Shown one piece after another: positions 17,897-29,531 of a DNA stretch of 64,000 bases (within the stretch, counting starts at the first letter, position 1; each line of letters opens with the position of its first letter). This DNA comes from Escherichia phage EC.W2-6: sequence record PP445229.1; one strand, 5' to 3'. The notes beneath the pieces were generated by a model. That model was given only the letters and a program-made list of their open reading frames with translations. It had not been told where the DNA came from and searched no databases. The position numbers and the translations under genes were made by a program.

Positions 17897-18114
17897 TTTG
17901 GGTTCACACTTATAGAATTGGAAAGAAAGGGCTTACTACTATTCATACCTCTGAAGACAGTGCTAAAGCATCTCAGGCTGTACTGAAAGGGAAGATCACA
18001 CCTTATGTAGTCGCTGAAGAAAAGAAGAGTCCTCCAGTTTTGGAATACTTAGGAACAGGTAAAGCTTATACAGCACTGGATGTTATTAACAACAAACAAG
18101 GAGATGTGGCATAA
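17893..18114 (+). CDS. hypothetical protein (73 aa)
   Basis: Start moved to ATG overlapping the upstream stop (ATGA). Confidence 0.4.
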   Translation: MIWVHTYRIGKKGLTTIHTSEDSAKASQAVLKGKITPYVVAEEKKSPPVLEYLGTGKAYTALDVINNKQGDVA

Positions 18115-18116
18115 AA

Positions 18117-18332
18117 ATGGAATACATTGATAAATACTCAAGTGAAGACTCAACCAACGCTGAAGTTTTGTTCGTACTAAAAACAGACTGCCTCGAACAT
18201 GGTCAGCTCATTAACTTTATGGAGTTGGCAAAACTTAAAGAAGAGATTGATCAACTATACAGCGATGAGCAATCCAGATTACTTTCCCTGTCCCTGCTAG
18301 GTGACTTAACTTGTGATGGGTGTACTATCTAA
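18117..18332 (+). CDS. hypothetical protein (71 aa)
   Basis: ORF in operon context. Confidence 0.4.
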   Translation: MEYIDKYSSEDSTNAEVLFVLKTDCLEHGQLINFMELAKLKEEIDQLYSDEQSRLLSLSLLGDLTCDGCTI

Positions 18333-18341
18333 GAGGTCTTT

Positions 18342-18845
18342 ATGGCTGAAGTTTATTTTGCAGGGGATGGTCACTTAGGCCATCGCAACATCTGTAGTTT
18401 TCGTAAGCAATTTAAAACCATCGAAGAACACGACAAAGTAATCCTAGCTGCATTTGATCATGTAACTAAGCGTGATAAAATCTTCTTTACCGGTGATTGG
18501 GTGTTTGAAAAGTATGCCCTTGATATCATCGCTGAAGTAAGAGGAGAGAAGCATCTAGTCTTAGGAAACCATGACAGGTTAGAACTTCTCCCTGATATGA
18601 TGAAAGTCTTCCGTAGAATCTCTGGTGATTATAAATATAAAGAGTTTTGGGTAACTCATATTCCTATTCACACTGATGAGATGAGAGGAAAGTTTAACAT
18701 TTATGCTCATACACACAACCATGTAATTGATGATTGGAGATATTTCTGTACATCAATGGAGCAAATTGACTATAAAGCTGTTTCTCTGCAAGAGATTAGG
18801 AAGGTCTTTGATGAAAGAAGAAAAGAACAAGATCTCATTATTTAA
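18342..18845 (+). CDS. calcineurin-like metallophosphoesterase
   Basis: GDGHLGH, TGDWV, GNHD and HTHNH motifs in the canonical order. Confidence 0.7.
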   Translation: MAEVYFAGDGHLGHRNICSFRKQFKTIEEHDKVILAAFDHVTKRDKIFFTGDWVFEKYALDIIAEVRGEKHLVLGNHDRLELLPDMMKVFRRISGDYKYKEFWVTHIPIHTDEMRGKFNIYAHTHNHVIDDWRYFCTSMEQIDYKAVSLQEIRKVFDERRKEQDLII

Positions 18846-19323
18846 AGAACCTGTAGTACATAAAGATTCTATCAGAGATCAATATAATGAGATGTTAAAG
18901 AAACAAGCTGATTCTAATCTTCGTTATCAGAGGATAGTAGAACAATCTAACTTTAAAGGTTTACTTGAATGGTAACTTATATCCTTTACTTTTTAGCTTT
19001 CTTAGGAATAGTCTTTTTATCTATTCTTATTGAATTTGGTTTAAGTAAGTTAGTTAATTATTTAGGTAATAAGTAATTAATATTCTTTTAAATAGAGAAT
19101 CAAAGTCCCTAGGAGTCCCTACAACCTAAATCAAGGATTCCTTAATTCTCTATTTTTATCTCGCAGGTGGCTCCTGCCCTTCGGTACTTGCAAGGGATTC
19201 TGTGAATTGCCCAATATACAAGCCTGCAATAACTTTATCAGCTATACAATATATACATTACTAGTGTGATATATCTACTACCAAAGATACTTATATTATA
19301 TAGTACTCTTATCGGTATAAGCG

Positions 19324-19332
19324 TAATGTATA
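19324..19332 (+). promoter_or_regulatory. TAATGTATA element (candidate phage-sigma-dependent promoter)
   Basis: Exact 9-mer about 60 nt upstream of the putative SSB gene; mirrored by an inverted copy at about 19255. Confidence 0.45.
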
Positions 19333-19391
19333 CTATACATAACCGCTCAAAGAGAGCAACAATCTTTCAAATTAAATAAGGAAATTAAAAT

Positions 19392-20138
19392 ATGTCTATG
19401 ATTCCAACTATCGCAACCGCTTCCCGTAAATCCAACTACGATGTAATCCCTGATGGTGAGTACGAAGCACGTATCGTTCGTGTAGTAGGTTTGGGTGTTC
19501 ACAATCGTGACCCTTGGATTGACCCGAAGACCAAAGCAGTGACTCCTAAGAATCCGGCTTTCCGTATGGATTTAGCTTTCGAGCTGATTGGTGTTGATGC
19601 TACTGGTAAAGATTCCGATGGTAAGGCATTAGAACCACGTCCAGCTTGCCAGTTCAAGAGCTATGATGTAAACCCACGAGCTAAGAACTCTGGTATTCTT
19701 GATCTTTGCAAGATGATTGACCCAAGTATTCAAGCACTGAAAGGTGATCTATCTTGGTTCAAGGATGTTCTGTTAGGTCAGCCTGTTAACATTCTGGTTA
19801 ACTCTTATACTAACAAAGCTGGTGAAGTTAAAAACTCCATCAAGACCATTTCTCCAATCCCAACCAAATATCGTGCAGCAGTTGGTGAAGCTCGTAGTCC
19901 TCTGGTATTCTTCGAACCATATGCTGAAACCGACGAGAACGTAGCATCCTACCAACTGATGTTCCCGTTCCAGCGCAACCTGCTTACTCAAGCTAATGAC
20001 GCTAAGAACATGCCTCTGGCTGGTCGTGAAATTACTCGTGCTTCTGAAACAGAGCAGAAAGAAGCTACTCCTTCAATCCCTACGATTGATAAAGAGCCTG
20101 CTTCTACTTACGAAGACGACAACGATAGCCCATTCTAA
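19392..20138 (+). CDS. putative single-stranded DNA-binding protein
   Basis: Acidic C-terminal tail ending in Phe (EDDNDSPF), as in T7 gp2.5 and bacterial SSB; long promoter-bearing leader upstream and hairpin terminator downstream. Confidence 0.5.
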   Translation: MSMIPTIATASRKSNYDVIPDGEYEARIVRVVGLGVHNRDPWIDPKTKAVTPKNPAFRMDLAFELIGVDATGKDSDGKALEPRPACQFKSYDVNPRAKNSGILDLCKMIDPSIQALKGDLSWFKDVLLGQPVNILVNSYTNKAGEVKNSIKTISPIPTKYRAAVGEARSPLVFFEPYAETDENVASYQLMFPFQRNLLTQANDAKNMPLAGREITRASETEQKEATPSIPTIDKEPASTYEDDNDSPF

Positions 20139-20160
20139 TAACTCTCCTTGTTATAGCTTA

Positions 20161-20182
20161 GCCACCTCCGGGTGGCTTTTTT
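20161..20182 (+). terminator. rho-independent terminator
   Basis: GCCACC-TCCG-GGTGGC hairpin followed by TTTTTT, directly after the putative SSB gene. Confidence 0.65.
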
Positions 20183-20195
20183 CGTTGGAGACAAC

Positions 20196-20546
20196 ATGCA
20201 AAACACATTAAGTGATAACTTAGGGTTTATCGTTTTCTCAGCTCTTGTATTCTTTGGTGGTATGAAGTTTAACGAATATCAAACAGACAGCAGTAATCTG
20301 GACAAAGAGAAGCACCAGCAAGAGTTAGAGATTGAAAGAAGTAGAGCAGCTGATGAAGTTGCTCAGAGAGTTCTTACCGGTTTATCTAACTGGAAGAAGA
20401 ACACAGAAACCGTTTATAAAGAGATGCATTATGAGAAAACTAAACCAGTTTTTTATGATGTCTGCGCTAGTGATGACTATGTCCGCATGTTCAATGATCG
20501 ACAGCAGCAGGCAATCAATGCCCTTACCAACAAACCTAAAAGCTGA
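20196..20546 (+). CDS. putative i-spanin (Rz-like)
   Basis: N-terminal TM helix (LGFIVFSALVFFGGM) followed by charged coiled-coil-like periplasmic region; contains an overlapping lipoprotein ORF in another frame. Confidence 0.5.
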   Translation: MQNTLSDNLGFIVFSALVFFGGMKFNEYQTDSSNLDKEKHQQELEIERSRAADEVAQRVLTGLSNWKKNTETVYKEMHYEKTKPVFYDVCASDDYVRMFNDRQQQAINALTNKPKS

Positions 20547-20690
20547 ATGCAGGGTTGACTTACCTTTTTTAGAGAGTGCTCAAGGAAAAGCACTAGCCAC
20601 TACGTTGGAGTGGTATCAGGACCAGTACACAGAATGTGCTGCCAATCACAATGGATTGTTAGAAGCTCTGAAAGAGCGTGGAATAGAATA

Positions 20691-20691
<1 letters not shown>
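20431..20691 (+). CDS. putative o-spanin (Rz1-like lipoprotein), overlapping the i-spanin gene
   Basis: Signal peptide MRKLNQFFMMSALVMTMSAC with lipobox-like MSAC; Pro-containing mature part; overlapped architecture. Confidence 0.45.
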
Positions 20692-22183
<1,492 letters not shown>

Positions 22184-22187
<4 letters not shown>

Positions 22188-23077
22188 ATGAAGAGGTAAA
22201 AGCTTTAAAGAAAGCTCTTGCAATTAAAATCAAACATTTAAATTTCGTCAGAGATGAGTTGGAGGAGCTATCCAACTTATCAGGATATGAGTTACAGAAT
22301 GAGCTTGTAGAGTTTCAAATCAATATTGATGGCGGTAAATACGTAGAAACAACTAGAGCGATTTTACCTAAAGTTACTGGTAACAAAACTTCTCCAGTAG
22401 ACTACTCACATGACCACACGGAGCAATTAGAAATGGAATCTCAAGGCAATCCAGCACTGACCAATATGGTGGGAGATTCCCATTATAAGCCTTTAGTAGT
22501 AATTCTTAATGGGCCTCCGGGTTGTGGTAAAGATACGATAGCCAATGCTTGGGTCAATGCCCATTCATACCATCACAATTATTCAACCAAATCCTTCAAG
22601 GAGCCAATGTACAAGGTAGCTGCTGCTGCACTAGGCATACCTCTAGAAAACTTTCTAGCACGCTATGAAGACCGTGAATGGAAAGAAAAACCTAGACCAG
22701 AATGGGGAGGGAAGTCTGTAAGAGATTTGATGATTTCTACAAGTGAAGACTTCTTAAAACCTATGTTTGGCAACAGCCATATGGGGGATCTTGCTGTAAA
22801 AAGCATCAAACAAGAAGGGTTAGGTCAGGATGATATTGTCATGTTTACTGACGGAGGTTTTGATGCAGAGGTACGAGAACTAGAAAAGAATTTCCATGTC
22901 CAAGTTGTACAAGTTCTTAGAGATGGTTGCTCTTTTGATGGAGACTCTCGCTCATATATTGAAGGCGAACAGAGAAAAACATATCTACTGTTTAATGACT
23001 CAACTATTGAATCAGCAGTATCAGATCTAGATTGGATTATTGCTCAAGCTCAGGATGATATTTATGGAAGAAGTTAA
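22184..23077 (+). CDS. deoxynucleoside monophosphate kinase-like P-loop kinase with N-terminal coiled-coil extension
   Basis: ILNGPPGCGKDT Walker A and C-terminal VQVLRDG ... NDS blocks resemble T4 Dnk as I recall it; start at ATG overlapping upstream stop. Confidence 0.6.
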
Positions 23078-23882
23078 GCTCCCTGAAGTTGCTATAGTGG
23101 ACGCTGACGTTCTTCGGTATGAAGTGGGCGCTCTTACTCAGGAGCATCCCTTTCTTGACACAGGACGTGTTCCAGTTGATTACAATTTCATGATTGAACG
23201 ACTTCAGTACAAGATCGATACAATCATAGCTCGCTCGGGTTGTAGTAAGGTTGTATTCTACTTCAGCGAAGGTGGTAACTTTCGTTTCGATGTTGCTAAG
23301 CAACAAGACTACAAGGCAAATAGACCTCCCGGAGAAAGACCTTTTCACTGGCAAAACGTTGGCGATTACATTAAAGCCAAGTACGAATATGTTGAGGTCT
23401 TTGGGAGAGAAGCTGATGATGCATTAGCTGAAAGGCAACGTAGGGATAAGAATACTATCATCTGTACTAGAGACAAGGATTTGTTGATAACTCCCGGATG
23501 GCATTATCGCTGGGCTTGTGGAGAAAGACAGAAAGAAGTACCTCCTCATTATGTATCTGACTTGGTATCATGGCAAAATTTCTTCTATCAAATGTTGATT
23601 GGGGATGGGACAGATAACATTCCCGGATGTGGTGAACGTAAAGAAGTTATGTGGGGCGGTAAGCTCCAGCTACGACGTCAAGGTGTCGGGAAGAAAGCAG
23701 CAGCTAGTCTGTTGGCTGGTGTTGCAGATAAGTGGACCATGTATCATATAGTACGAATGGAATATTATAAGAAGTTCGATACTGAAGATGAAGAGAAGAT
23801 GCTCGAGAATGCTCGGCTTCTCTTTGTTGGTCAGACTCCGGAAGACCTGTTCGACTGGACATGGTTAGATAAATCTTGGTAA
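23064..23882 (+). CDS. 5'-3' exonuclease (FEN / T7 gp6-like)
   Basis: VAIVDADVL, GREADDALAE and ICTRDKDLL fit the metal-binding motifs of 5'-3' exonucleases. Confidence 0.7.
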   Translation: MEEVKLPEVAIVDADVLRYEVGALTQEHPFLDTGRVPVDYNFMIERLQYKIDTIIARSGCSKVVFYFSEGGNFRFDVAKQQDYKANRPPGERPFHWQNVGDYIKAKYEYVEVFGREADDALAERQRRDKNTIICTRDKDLLITPGWHYRWACGERQKEVPPHYVSDLVSWQNFFYQMLIGDGTDNIPGCGERKEVMWGGKLQLRRQGVGKKAAASLLAGVADKWTMYHIVRMEYYKKFDTEDEEKMLENARLLFVGQTPEDLFDWTWLDKSW

Positions 23883-23895
23883 TAAGGATATTATA

Positions 23896-24075
23896 ATGGG
23901 TAAATTTGATTATCGTTCATATGATGAAAACTCCTCCAACCGTGAATCTCGTAAAGACCAAAAGATTAAACATCAACTGTTTGATCAGAGAACTGGTCGT
24001 ATTCCTCGTGAGGGTAAGGTGAGCCATCGTGTAAACAAACGAGTTTGGGAAGAAGCTGATTATGGCGAAGTCTGA
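23896..24075 (+). CDS. small basic hypothetical protein (59 aa)
   Basis: Not in track; AAGGA upstream. Confidence 0.3.
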   Translation: MGKFDYRSYDENSSNRESRKDQKIKHQLFDQRTGRIPREGKVSHRVNKRVWEEADYGEV

Positions 24076-24463
24076 GAAGACTCGCTGTAGTGGAATGTGG
24101 ACTGAAGCTCGTTACAACTCTTTCATCAAGTCAGGGATTCGTTCTCTGACTAGAAAGTGGAAGCCCATGTTCGATGCACTAGCAGACGCCAAGACAGAGC
24201 AGAAGATTAATCCAAAGACAGGAAGACTGGCAATGCACTTTAAATGTGCCATGTGTGGTTCTGACCACCCTGTAAAGGATATGGCTATTGACCACATAGA
24301 GCCTATAGTTCCCTTAGATCATGAAGCAACTTGGGATGAAATCATCTCTCGTGCTCTGTGTGAGAAAGAAGGTTTTCAGGTTCTATGTAAAGACCCTTGT
24401 CATAAGATTAAAACAAAAGAAGAGAATGATGCAAGAAAACAATTCAAAAAAGGAAATGAGTGA
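24062..24463 (+). CDS. HNH endonuclease (zinc-binding)
   Basis: CAMCGS ... IDHIEPIVP ... CKDPCHKIK HNH/zinc-finger signature. Confidence 0.7.
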   Translation: MAKSEKTRCSGMWTEARYNSFIKSGIRSLTRKWKPMFDALADAKTEQKINPKTGRLAMHFKCAMCGSDHPVKDMAIDHIEPIVPLDHEATWDEIISRALCEKEGFQVLCKDPCHKIKTKEENDARKQFKKGNE

Positions 24464-24683
24464 TGATCAAAAATCTACGCAACAAGTGCTTCGCTTTCGC
24501 TATCGCAATTGGAGAGGCGAGGTTGCTGACCGGTCCGTTATTCCACTCCGAACCTCCGTTGCTAGCTCCCGTTTTCATAACGGTGGCAAACCTTGTTGGA
24601 TTATGACAGCGATAGATGTAGAGAAAGATGAGATTCGAGAGTTCAAACTCTCTGACATTATTCAGTATTACGATTTAATCTAG
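24456..24683 (+). CDS. hypothetical protein (75 aa)
   Basis: Start at ATG with AAAAAGGAA upstream, overlapping HNH stop; last gene before bidirectional terminator. Confidence 0.4.
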   Translation: MSDDQKSTQQVLRFRYRNWRGEVADRSVIPLRTSVASSRFHNGGKPCWIMTAIDVEKDEIREFKLSDIIQYYDLI

Positions 24684-25007
24684 GAACTGACATTATCACA
24701 CAAGCAGATAAAAATAAACTCTTCGACTTAATCCACGACCTATTAGAAGCTCAGAGCTTTATTGACAATGCCGATACTTGGGAGATGGAAGCAGCTGGAA
24801 AAGCTTTTGATGAAAGTGAAGAGAAACTTACTAATTTTATAAACACAATCTAGGAGGGTATATGAATGAAGAAGTTGTTATCCTTGGAAGTAAATCAGAT
24901 TGGTTCTATGGAGGCATCTCAGGATGCTTTGAAGATGAACATCCAGACTTCTGAAGAAAATTGGGATGTATGACGAATTTGATGGTTTTTAAAACTTAGA
25001 AACAAAT

Positions 25008-25041
25008 AAAGCCCCTTCCTTTCGGTTGGGGCTTTTCTTTT
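25008..25041. terminator. bidirectional terminator between convergent arms
   Basis: GCCCC-(loop)-GGGGC hairpin flanked by A-run upstream and T-run downstream, so it reads as a terminator on both strands. Confidence 0.6.
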
Positions 25042-25042
25042 A

Positions 25043-28000
25043 TCACTCCTTAGGTCGAACTCTTACACGGAGTCTCGATTGACGCTTACTGCGTTCAAGC
25101 TTCTCTGACAATGAGCCACGTTTAATCTTAGGCTTCCCTTCGTCATTAAACTTCTCCAAGAACTGCAAGTACTCAGTACGATTTGTTGTCTTGTAAGAAG
25201 GAATCTTGATATCAGGGTTCTCTTCAATCACACGTCTCATCTTCGCTACATCATCCCTACCAAGCAACTTACTCTTAGCCTGTTCAGCTGTAGAACCAAA
25301 GATCTTCTCCAGTGCTCTGGATTTGTTACCACCTGCGGAAGAAGCACCAAGTTTAGCAATGGCAGAGTAATCATCAGCACTAAACCAAGCTACTGGATTA
25401 TCACCATACTTCTTCTTGTTTTCAGCAGCAGTCTGCAATGCACGTACAAAGCGACGGTTGTTACCAGCCTTATCTGCACCATGAACCCTGTCTAAAACTT
25501 CAGCCACACTAGCTAATTCATCCAAGCTCTTCCCGCTTAAGAAAGCTTTCTCTACTTTATCAGCAAAGACCTCTTCCTGTTGTTTAATGCTTTCCAAGAT
25601 ATCAGAATTTGCTTGAGATTTTTCATCATCAGGTAGAGCAGAACGAATCTTCTCCATCTCCAATTCTTCCTCTTGCAGTTTCTTAATATCAGAGTCAACC
25701 TTCTGAGCCTCCTCAATAGCCTTCCTAGTATCCGCATCCAAGTTATCAAGCTTACCTTCAGTATCTCCAGTAACCTTAACAATCTCTTTCTCGATAGGAG
25801 TCATTGATTCGTACTTCTTAGCAAACTTCTCAACATCAGCTTCGATACGAGAACGAGCATTCTGATGTTCAGTAGGAGTCATAGGTTTCTCAAGAAGTGC
25901 ATAACGGTTGTCCATATAGGAACCAGCAAACGCTTCAGCATCCTCTCTAGATATGCCCTTATCTTCCATAGTACGCATCAGGCGGCGATGAATGTCATCA
26001 CGTTGACGTTGTACTGCCATAAGATCATTCTCACGCTCTTGGGCCGCTTTAAGCTCTTCACTGCGCTTAACTCTCTTGTCCACATCAAACTTACGGTTCA
26101 TCTCTTCCGCTTGCTCGTACATCTTGTTCCACTTGGCCTGACGAGCATCTTCCTCTGCATCAGTTAAACGACGCTGACGATCAAGGTAATCTGACTCGGC
26201 GTTGTGGATACGTTCAATGTAACTACGGAACTTCTCTGGAGGAACTGGAGAGTTCTTGTCATGGTGAGCAGCCAACTGTTTCAATGTACGAGATTCCTGA
26301 GCCTCACGAACAGGTTTAGGTAAACCTTCCATCATCTTCTCAATCTCACTCTTCTGAGCTGCAATAGCCTCTAAAGTTTTACGTTCATTCTCAACAGCAG
26401 CCTTAGCATCTGAACGAGCCTGAGCCTTTTTCCTGAGGGTAGCAAGACGTTCTTCACGAGCCTGTAAGTGCTTAGCAGCAGCTTCGTACTGAGAGTTCTT
26501 GTTAGCTTTGTTGAAGGCATTCACTTCTCTGTTGTAGGTGTTAATAAACCCATCCCAAATATCCTTCATCTGACCAACTTCCAAAGCCTCTTCCCTACCA
26601 GCCTTCTCTGAAGATTTAAACTTCCCATCTACAAAGTCATTCATCAGCTTACGCATAGCATCTTTCTGAGCAGGACGTAAAGGTTCTGAATCAATCAAAG
26701 CATCAATCTCAGACTGAAGCTCTTTCTTCTGATCAACCAGTTTAGGAGCATCTTTCTTATCGAAAGCTTTGTTCTCTTCTAGAGCTTGTTGGTACAGTCT
26801 ATCAAACTCATCCTCACGCTGCTTCTGATACAACCTTTCAGCACGACGTTTCAGACTATCCAAGTTAGTTACGTTCCCACCTAAACCTTTCTCTTCAGCA
26901 CGTAATGCCTTAGTAGCAATGTCTTCTGGCAGACCACGTTCTTTAACCCATTCAGCAAAATTAGTTCGTACAGTGTTGTTCTTAGCAGTAGCAATACCTT
27001 GCTGAGAGGCCAGCTGGTTACGAGCCATTTCTTCATGACGTTCAGTGTTGATAGCATTATCTTCCTGACGAATACGACGCATCAGTTCCTTAGGATCGCC
27101 TTTATAAGCCAAGAAGTTTTCAGCAGTAGCTTTAGCTTTAGCAGCCTTAGAGTACAGAGAACGAGCAAAGCGTTCTGCACGATCTTTAGTAGCCTGACGA
27201 GCAGCACTAGACATAGCAGCTAAACGTTCTACACCACTTGCCGGTTTAACGTCCTGTACAGCTTCCTTAGGAGCTTTAGGAGCACGAGCAGGTAACGGCT
27301 CAGCTTTGACTGTTGGTTCCTCTACGGTTGGTTCTGGAGCCTGTGCGGCCTCTTCTTGAGCACGTTGCTGTTCCATTGCACGACGCTCCTCTAGAGGGTT
27401 ACGAGCAGGGAGAGGTTCAGCCTGTGGAGCTTGTTCGACCGGAGCTTCTTGAGCTGCTGCTGCCTCTTCTTCAGCTCGACGCTGTTCAGCCTGACGGATA
27501 GCGCGTCTTTGCGCAACTAAATCACGAGCTGTGAGAGGGGTTTCTTGAGGAGTAGAAGAAGGAAGATTTTCTTCCGTCACAGTACTAGAAGAAGGCTCCC
27601 GAACCGGTTCGGTTTCCACGTCATTTTGCGTCTTAAATTTAATGTCATCAACAACTGGTTCTTCTTCCATCTTAGCACGAGCTTCATCAGCAGTAGATTT
27701 AGCACGAGCAACTTCCAAATCACCACGAGCCAGAGAGCGGATAGCTTCACTATTAGACTCTTGTTGCTTAACACGTTGAGAACGGGCACGCTGAGAAGAG
27801 AAGCGATTCAGAGCATATTTAGCAGCACCGAGAGTGTTCATCACCAGACTAGGAGAAGAAGCCTCACGGAATCCATCATCAGTCAAGGAAGTCCAACCAC
27901 GATCTTGGTTGCTCATGAATTTAGCTGTATTGTTCAGAGTATAAGCATCTTGAATAGGATTAAAACCTTCAGGCATACCTTTCAGTTTCTTCAACCCACC

Positions 28001-29464
28001 AATAGCTTTCTTCATCTCTGGAGAAACATTATCAGCCATCTTCTGTAGTTCAGCAGCTTTCTCTACAAAGTTATTAAAGTCTTCGCCATCACGAGCTTTG
28101 AATCGATTTGCTTCATTGTAGAAAGTCTTGTAAGCATCAATGAAATCACGGTCGGCTTGTGTACGGTTCTTAATATCAATCGGACTACCAGTAAAATCAC
28201 CAGAAGCTCGGAGAGAGGTTAATTCACGATCTAGATTATCTAGAACATCTGTAAGAGCTTTCGTGTTGTCTTTGGTGTAGTCAGCCATTGCATCCTTCAT
28301 AGCAACAGCCTGCTTCTGGTTGTGCTCGTTATCAGCGAATGCTTTACCACGAGTCTTAGCAGGAGAAGCTAAAGGGTTGAGGCCCGGAATGTTGGAATGT
28401 TCTTTCTGAATGGAAGCAGCTTTCTCAGCACGAGCTTGGTCAGTATTAAGAATACGCTGAGCAGCAGGAGAGTCTACAGCAACAGCATCTGTAATACGGA
28501 ATCCATTCTCATCCAGAAGGTTCAGAGCAGAAGCAGCGTTAGCAGTTTCAGCTTTAGAGTAAGCTTCTTTCAGTTCATCAATATTCTTAGCACTACGAAT
28601 TAGTTCATCATCAGCAGCAATATCAGTCTTCGCATACTCTGGAGTGTTCTTGAAGACAGTAGAATCCGGACGGTTAATCAAACCATGAACCCCACCAACT
28701 GCACCACCGAATGCAGCACCCATAGCACCTTCTTCGATAGCACCTTCTAATACATTAGCAAAGGTTGTATCATCTCCATGCTTGTTCTGAGCTTCAGCAG
28801 CACCTACAAGAGCGCCACCTTTAGCACCAGCCACTGCGTTAGTAGCAACGTTCTGACCAATACGTCCAAGTGTGGACTCAGCTGTACCAACAGCGCCCGG
28901 AAGGATTCTCTGAGCCGCATAGTTAGCACCACCAACTAAGGCTGCATCTAGAATAGATTTATCTTCCCCCTCTTCAGGGGTTTGGTCTGCATATGCACGA
29001 CCTGTCTCACGACCTGCGATGATAGCAGCAGCAGCCAATGGGTTAGCAACAGTCATACCAATATCACCAGCAACGCCAGCATACTGACCTACAGTTTTAC
29101 CAATCCCATCCTCAATCTTATCCATACGTTCTTTCAGAAGATTCTGAGAGTTCTCTTGGATACGCTTACCATAACTAGTTTGTGCTCCAGCTAGATTCTC
29201 ACCAATCTCAACTAAACCACCAATACCTTTAGCAGCACTAGCTGCAATATTTGCACCACCAGATTGAAGAGCATTTGACACACCTTGAGCAAACTCACCT
29301 ATAGCACCACGTTCTTCTTGTTGTGGTTGTGCTACTGGCTGTTCCTCAGGAATAGAGCCACCTGCTGCCTTATATTGTTCTCTCATTTGAGCTTGTTGCT
29401 CCGGAGAGGCATTCAGATACGCAGGAGCTTTGGAAGCTTCTTCCCACGGTTTAATGTTAGCCAT
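25043..29464 (-). CDS. large internal virion / ejection protein (1473 aa)
   Basis: Start placed at internal ATG (MANIKPWEE) about 40 nt downstream of a TAATGTATA element; Gly/Ala-rich N-terminal region and long coiled-coil-rich body. Confidence 0.55.
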   Translation of the reverse strand: MANIKPWEEASKAPAYLNASPEQQAQMREQYKAAGGSIPEEQPVAQPQQEERGAIGEFAQGVSNALQSGGANIAASAAKGIGGLVEIGENLAGAQTSYGKRIQENSQNLLKERMDKIEDGIGKTVGQYAGVAGDIGMTVANPLAAAAIIAGRETGRAYADQTPEEGEDKSILDAALVGGANYAAQRILPGAVGTAESTLGRIGQNVATNAVAGAKGGALVGAAEAQNKHGDDTTFANVLEGAIEEGAMGAAFGGAVGGVHGLINRPDSTVFKNTPEYAKTDIAADDELIRSAKNIDELKEAYSKAETANAASALNLLDENGFRITDAVAVDSPAAQRILNTDQARAEKAASIQKEHSNIPGLNPLASPAKTRGKAFADNEHNQKQAVAMKDAMADYTKDNTKALTDVLDNLDRELTSLRASGDFTGSPIDIKNRTQADRDFIDAYKTFYNEANRFKARDGEDFNNFVEKAAELQKMADNVSPEMKKAIGGLKKLKGMPEGFNPIQDAYTLNNTAKFMSNQDRGWTSLTDDGFREASSPSLVMNTLGAAKYALNRFSSQRARSQRVKQQESNSEAIRSLARGDLEVARAKSTADEARAKMEEEPVVDDIKFKTQNDVETEPVREPSSSTVTEENLPSSTPQETPLTARDLVAQRRAIRQAEQRRAEEEAAAAQEAPVEQAPQAEPLPARNPLEERRAMEQQRAQEEAAQAPEPTVEEPTVKAEPLPARAPKAPKEAVQDVKPASGVERLAAMSSAARQATKDRAERFARSLYSKAAKAKATAENFLAYKGDPKELMRRIRQEDNAINTERHEEMARNQLASQQGIATAKNNTVRTNFAEWVKERGLPEDIATKALRAEEKGLGGNVTNLDSLKRRAERLYQKQREDEFDRLYQQALEENKAFDKKDAPKLVDQKKELQSEIDALIDSEPLRPAQKDAMRKLMNDFVDGKFKSSEKAGREEALEVGQMKDIWDGFINTYNREVNAFNKANKNSQYEAAAKHLQAREERLATLRKKAQARSDAKAAVENERKTLEAIAAQKSEIEKMMEGLPKPVREAQESRTLKQLAAHHDKNSPVPPEKFRSYIERIHNAESDYLDRQRRLTDAEEDARQAKWNKMYEQAEEMNRKFDVDKRVKRSEELKAAQERENDLMAVQRQRDDIHRRLMRTMEDKGISREDAEAFAGSYMDNRYALLEKPMTPTEHQNARSRIEADVEKFAKKYESMTPIEKEIVKVTGDTEGKLDNLDADTRKAIEEAQKVDSDIKKLQEEELEMEKIRSALPDDEKSQANSDILESIKQQEEVFADKVEKAFLSGKSLDELASVAEVLDRVHGADKAGNNRRFVRALQTAAENKKKYGDNPVAWFSADDYSAIAKLGASSAGGNKSRALEKIFGSTAEQAKSKLLGRDDVAKMRRVIEENPDIKIPSYKTTNRTEYLQFLEKFNDEGKPKIKRGSLSEKLERSKRQSRLRVRVRPKE

Positions 29465-29502
29465 AACGTCTCCTTTTATAAATAAAAATGTCCTACCCCC
29501 TA

Positions 29503-29511
29503 TATACATTA
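29503..29511 (-). promoter_or_regulatory. TAATGTATA element on minus strand (candidate phage-sigma-dependent late promoter)
   Basis: Exact 9-mer (minus-strand sense) about 40 nt upstream of the large internal protein gene start. Confidence 0.45.
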
Positions 29512-29531
29512 TAGAAGGCAGGACTTAGGTC

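Noticed and set aside
25552-28603. Several 60-170-aa ORFs (e.g. 25552-25782, 27545-28048, 28397-28603) inside and antisense to the large internal protein gene
   Set aside because: Fully contained in a long, well-supported coding region; low-complexity translations typical of antisense frames
25043-29509. Large 1488-aa ORF as a virion RNA polymerase (N4-like)
   Set aside because: No polymerase motifs seen; composition is Gly/Ala-rich plus coiled coil; the phage encodes its own sigma factor instead, so an internal ejection protein is more likely
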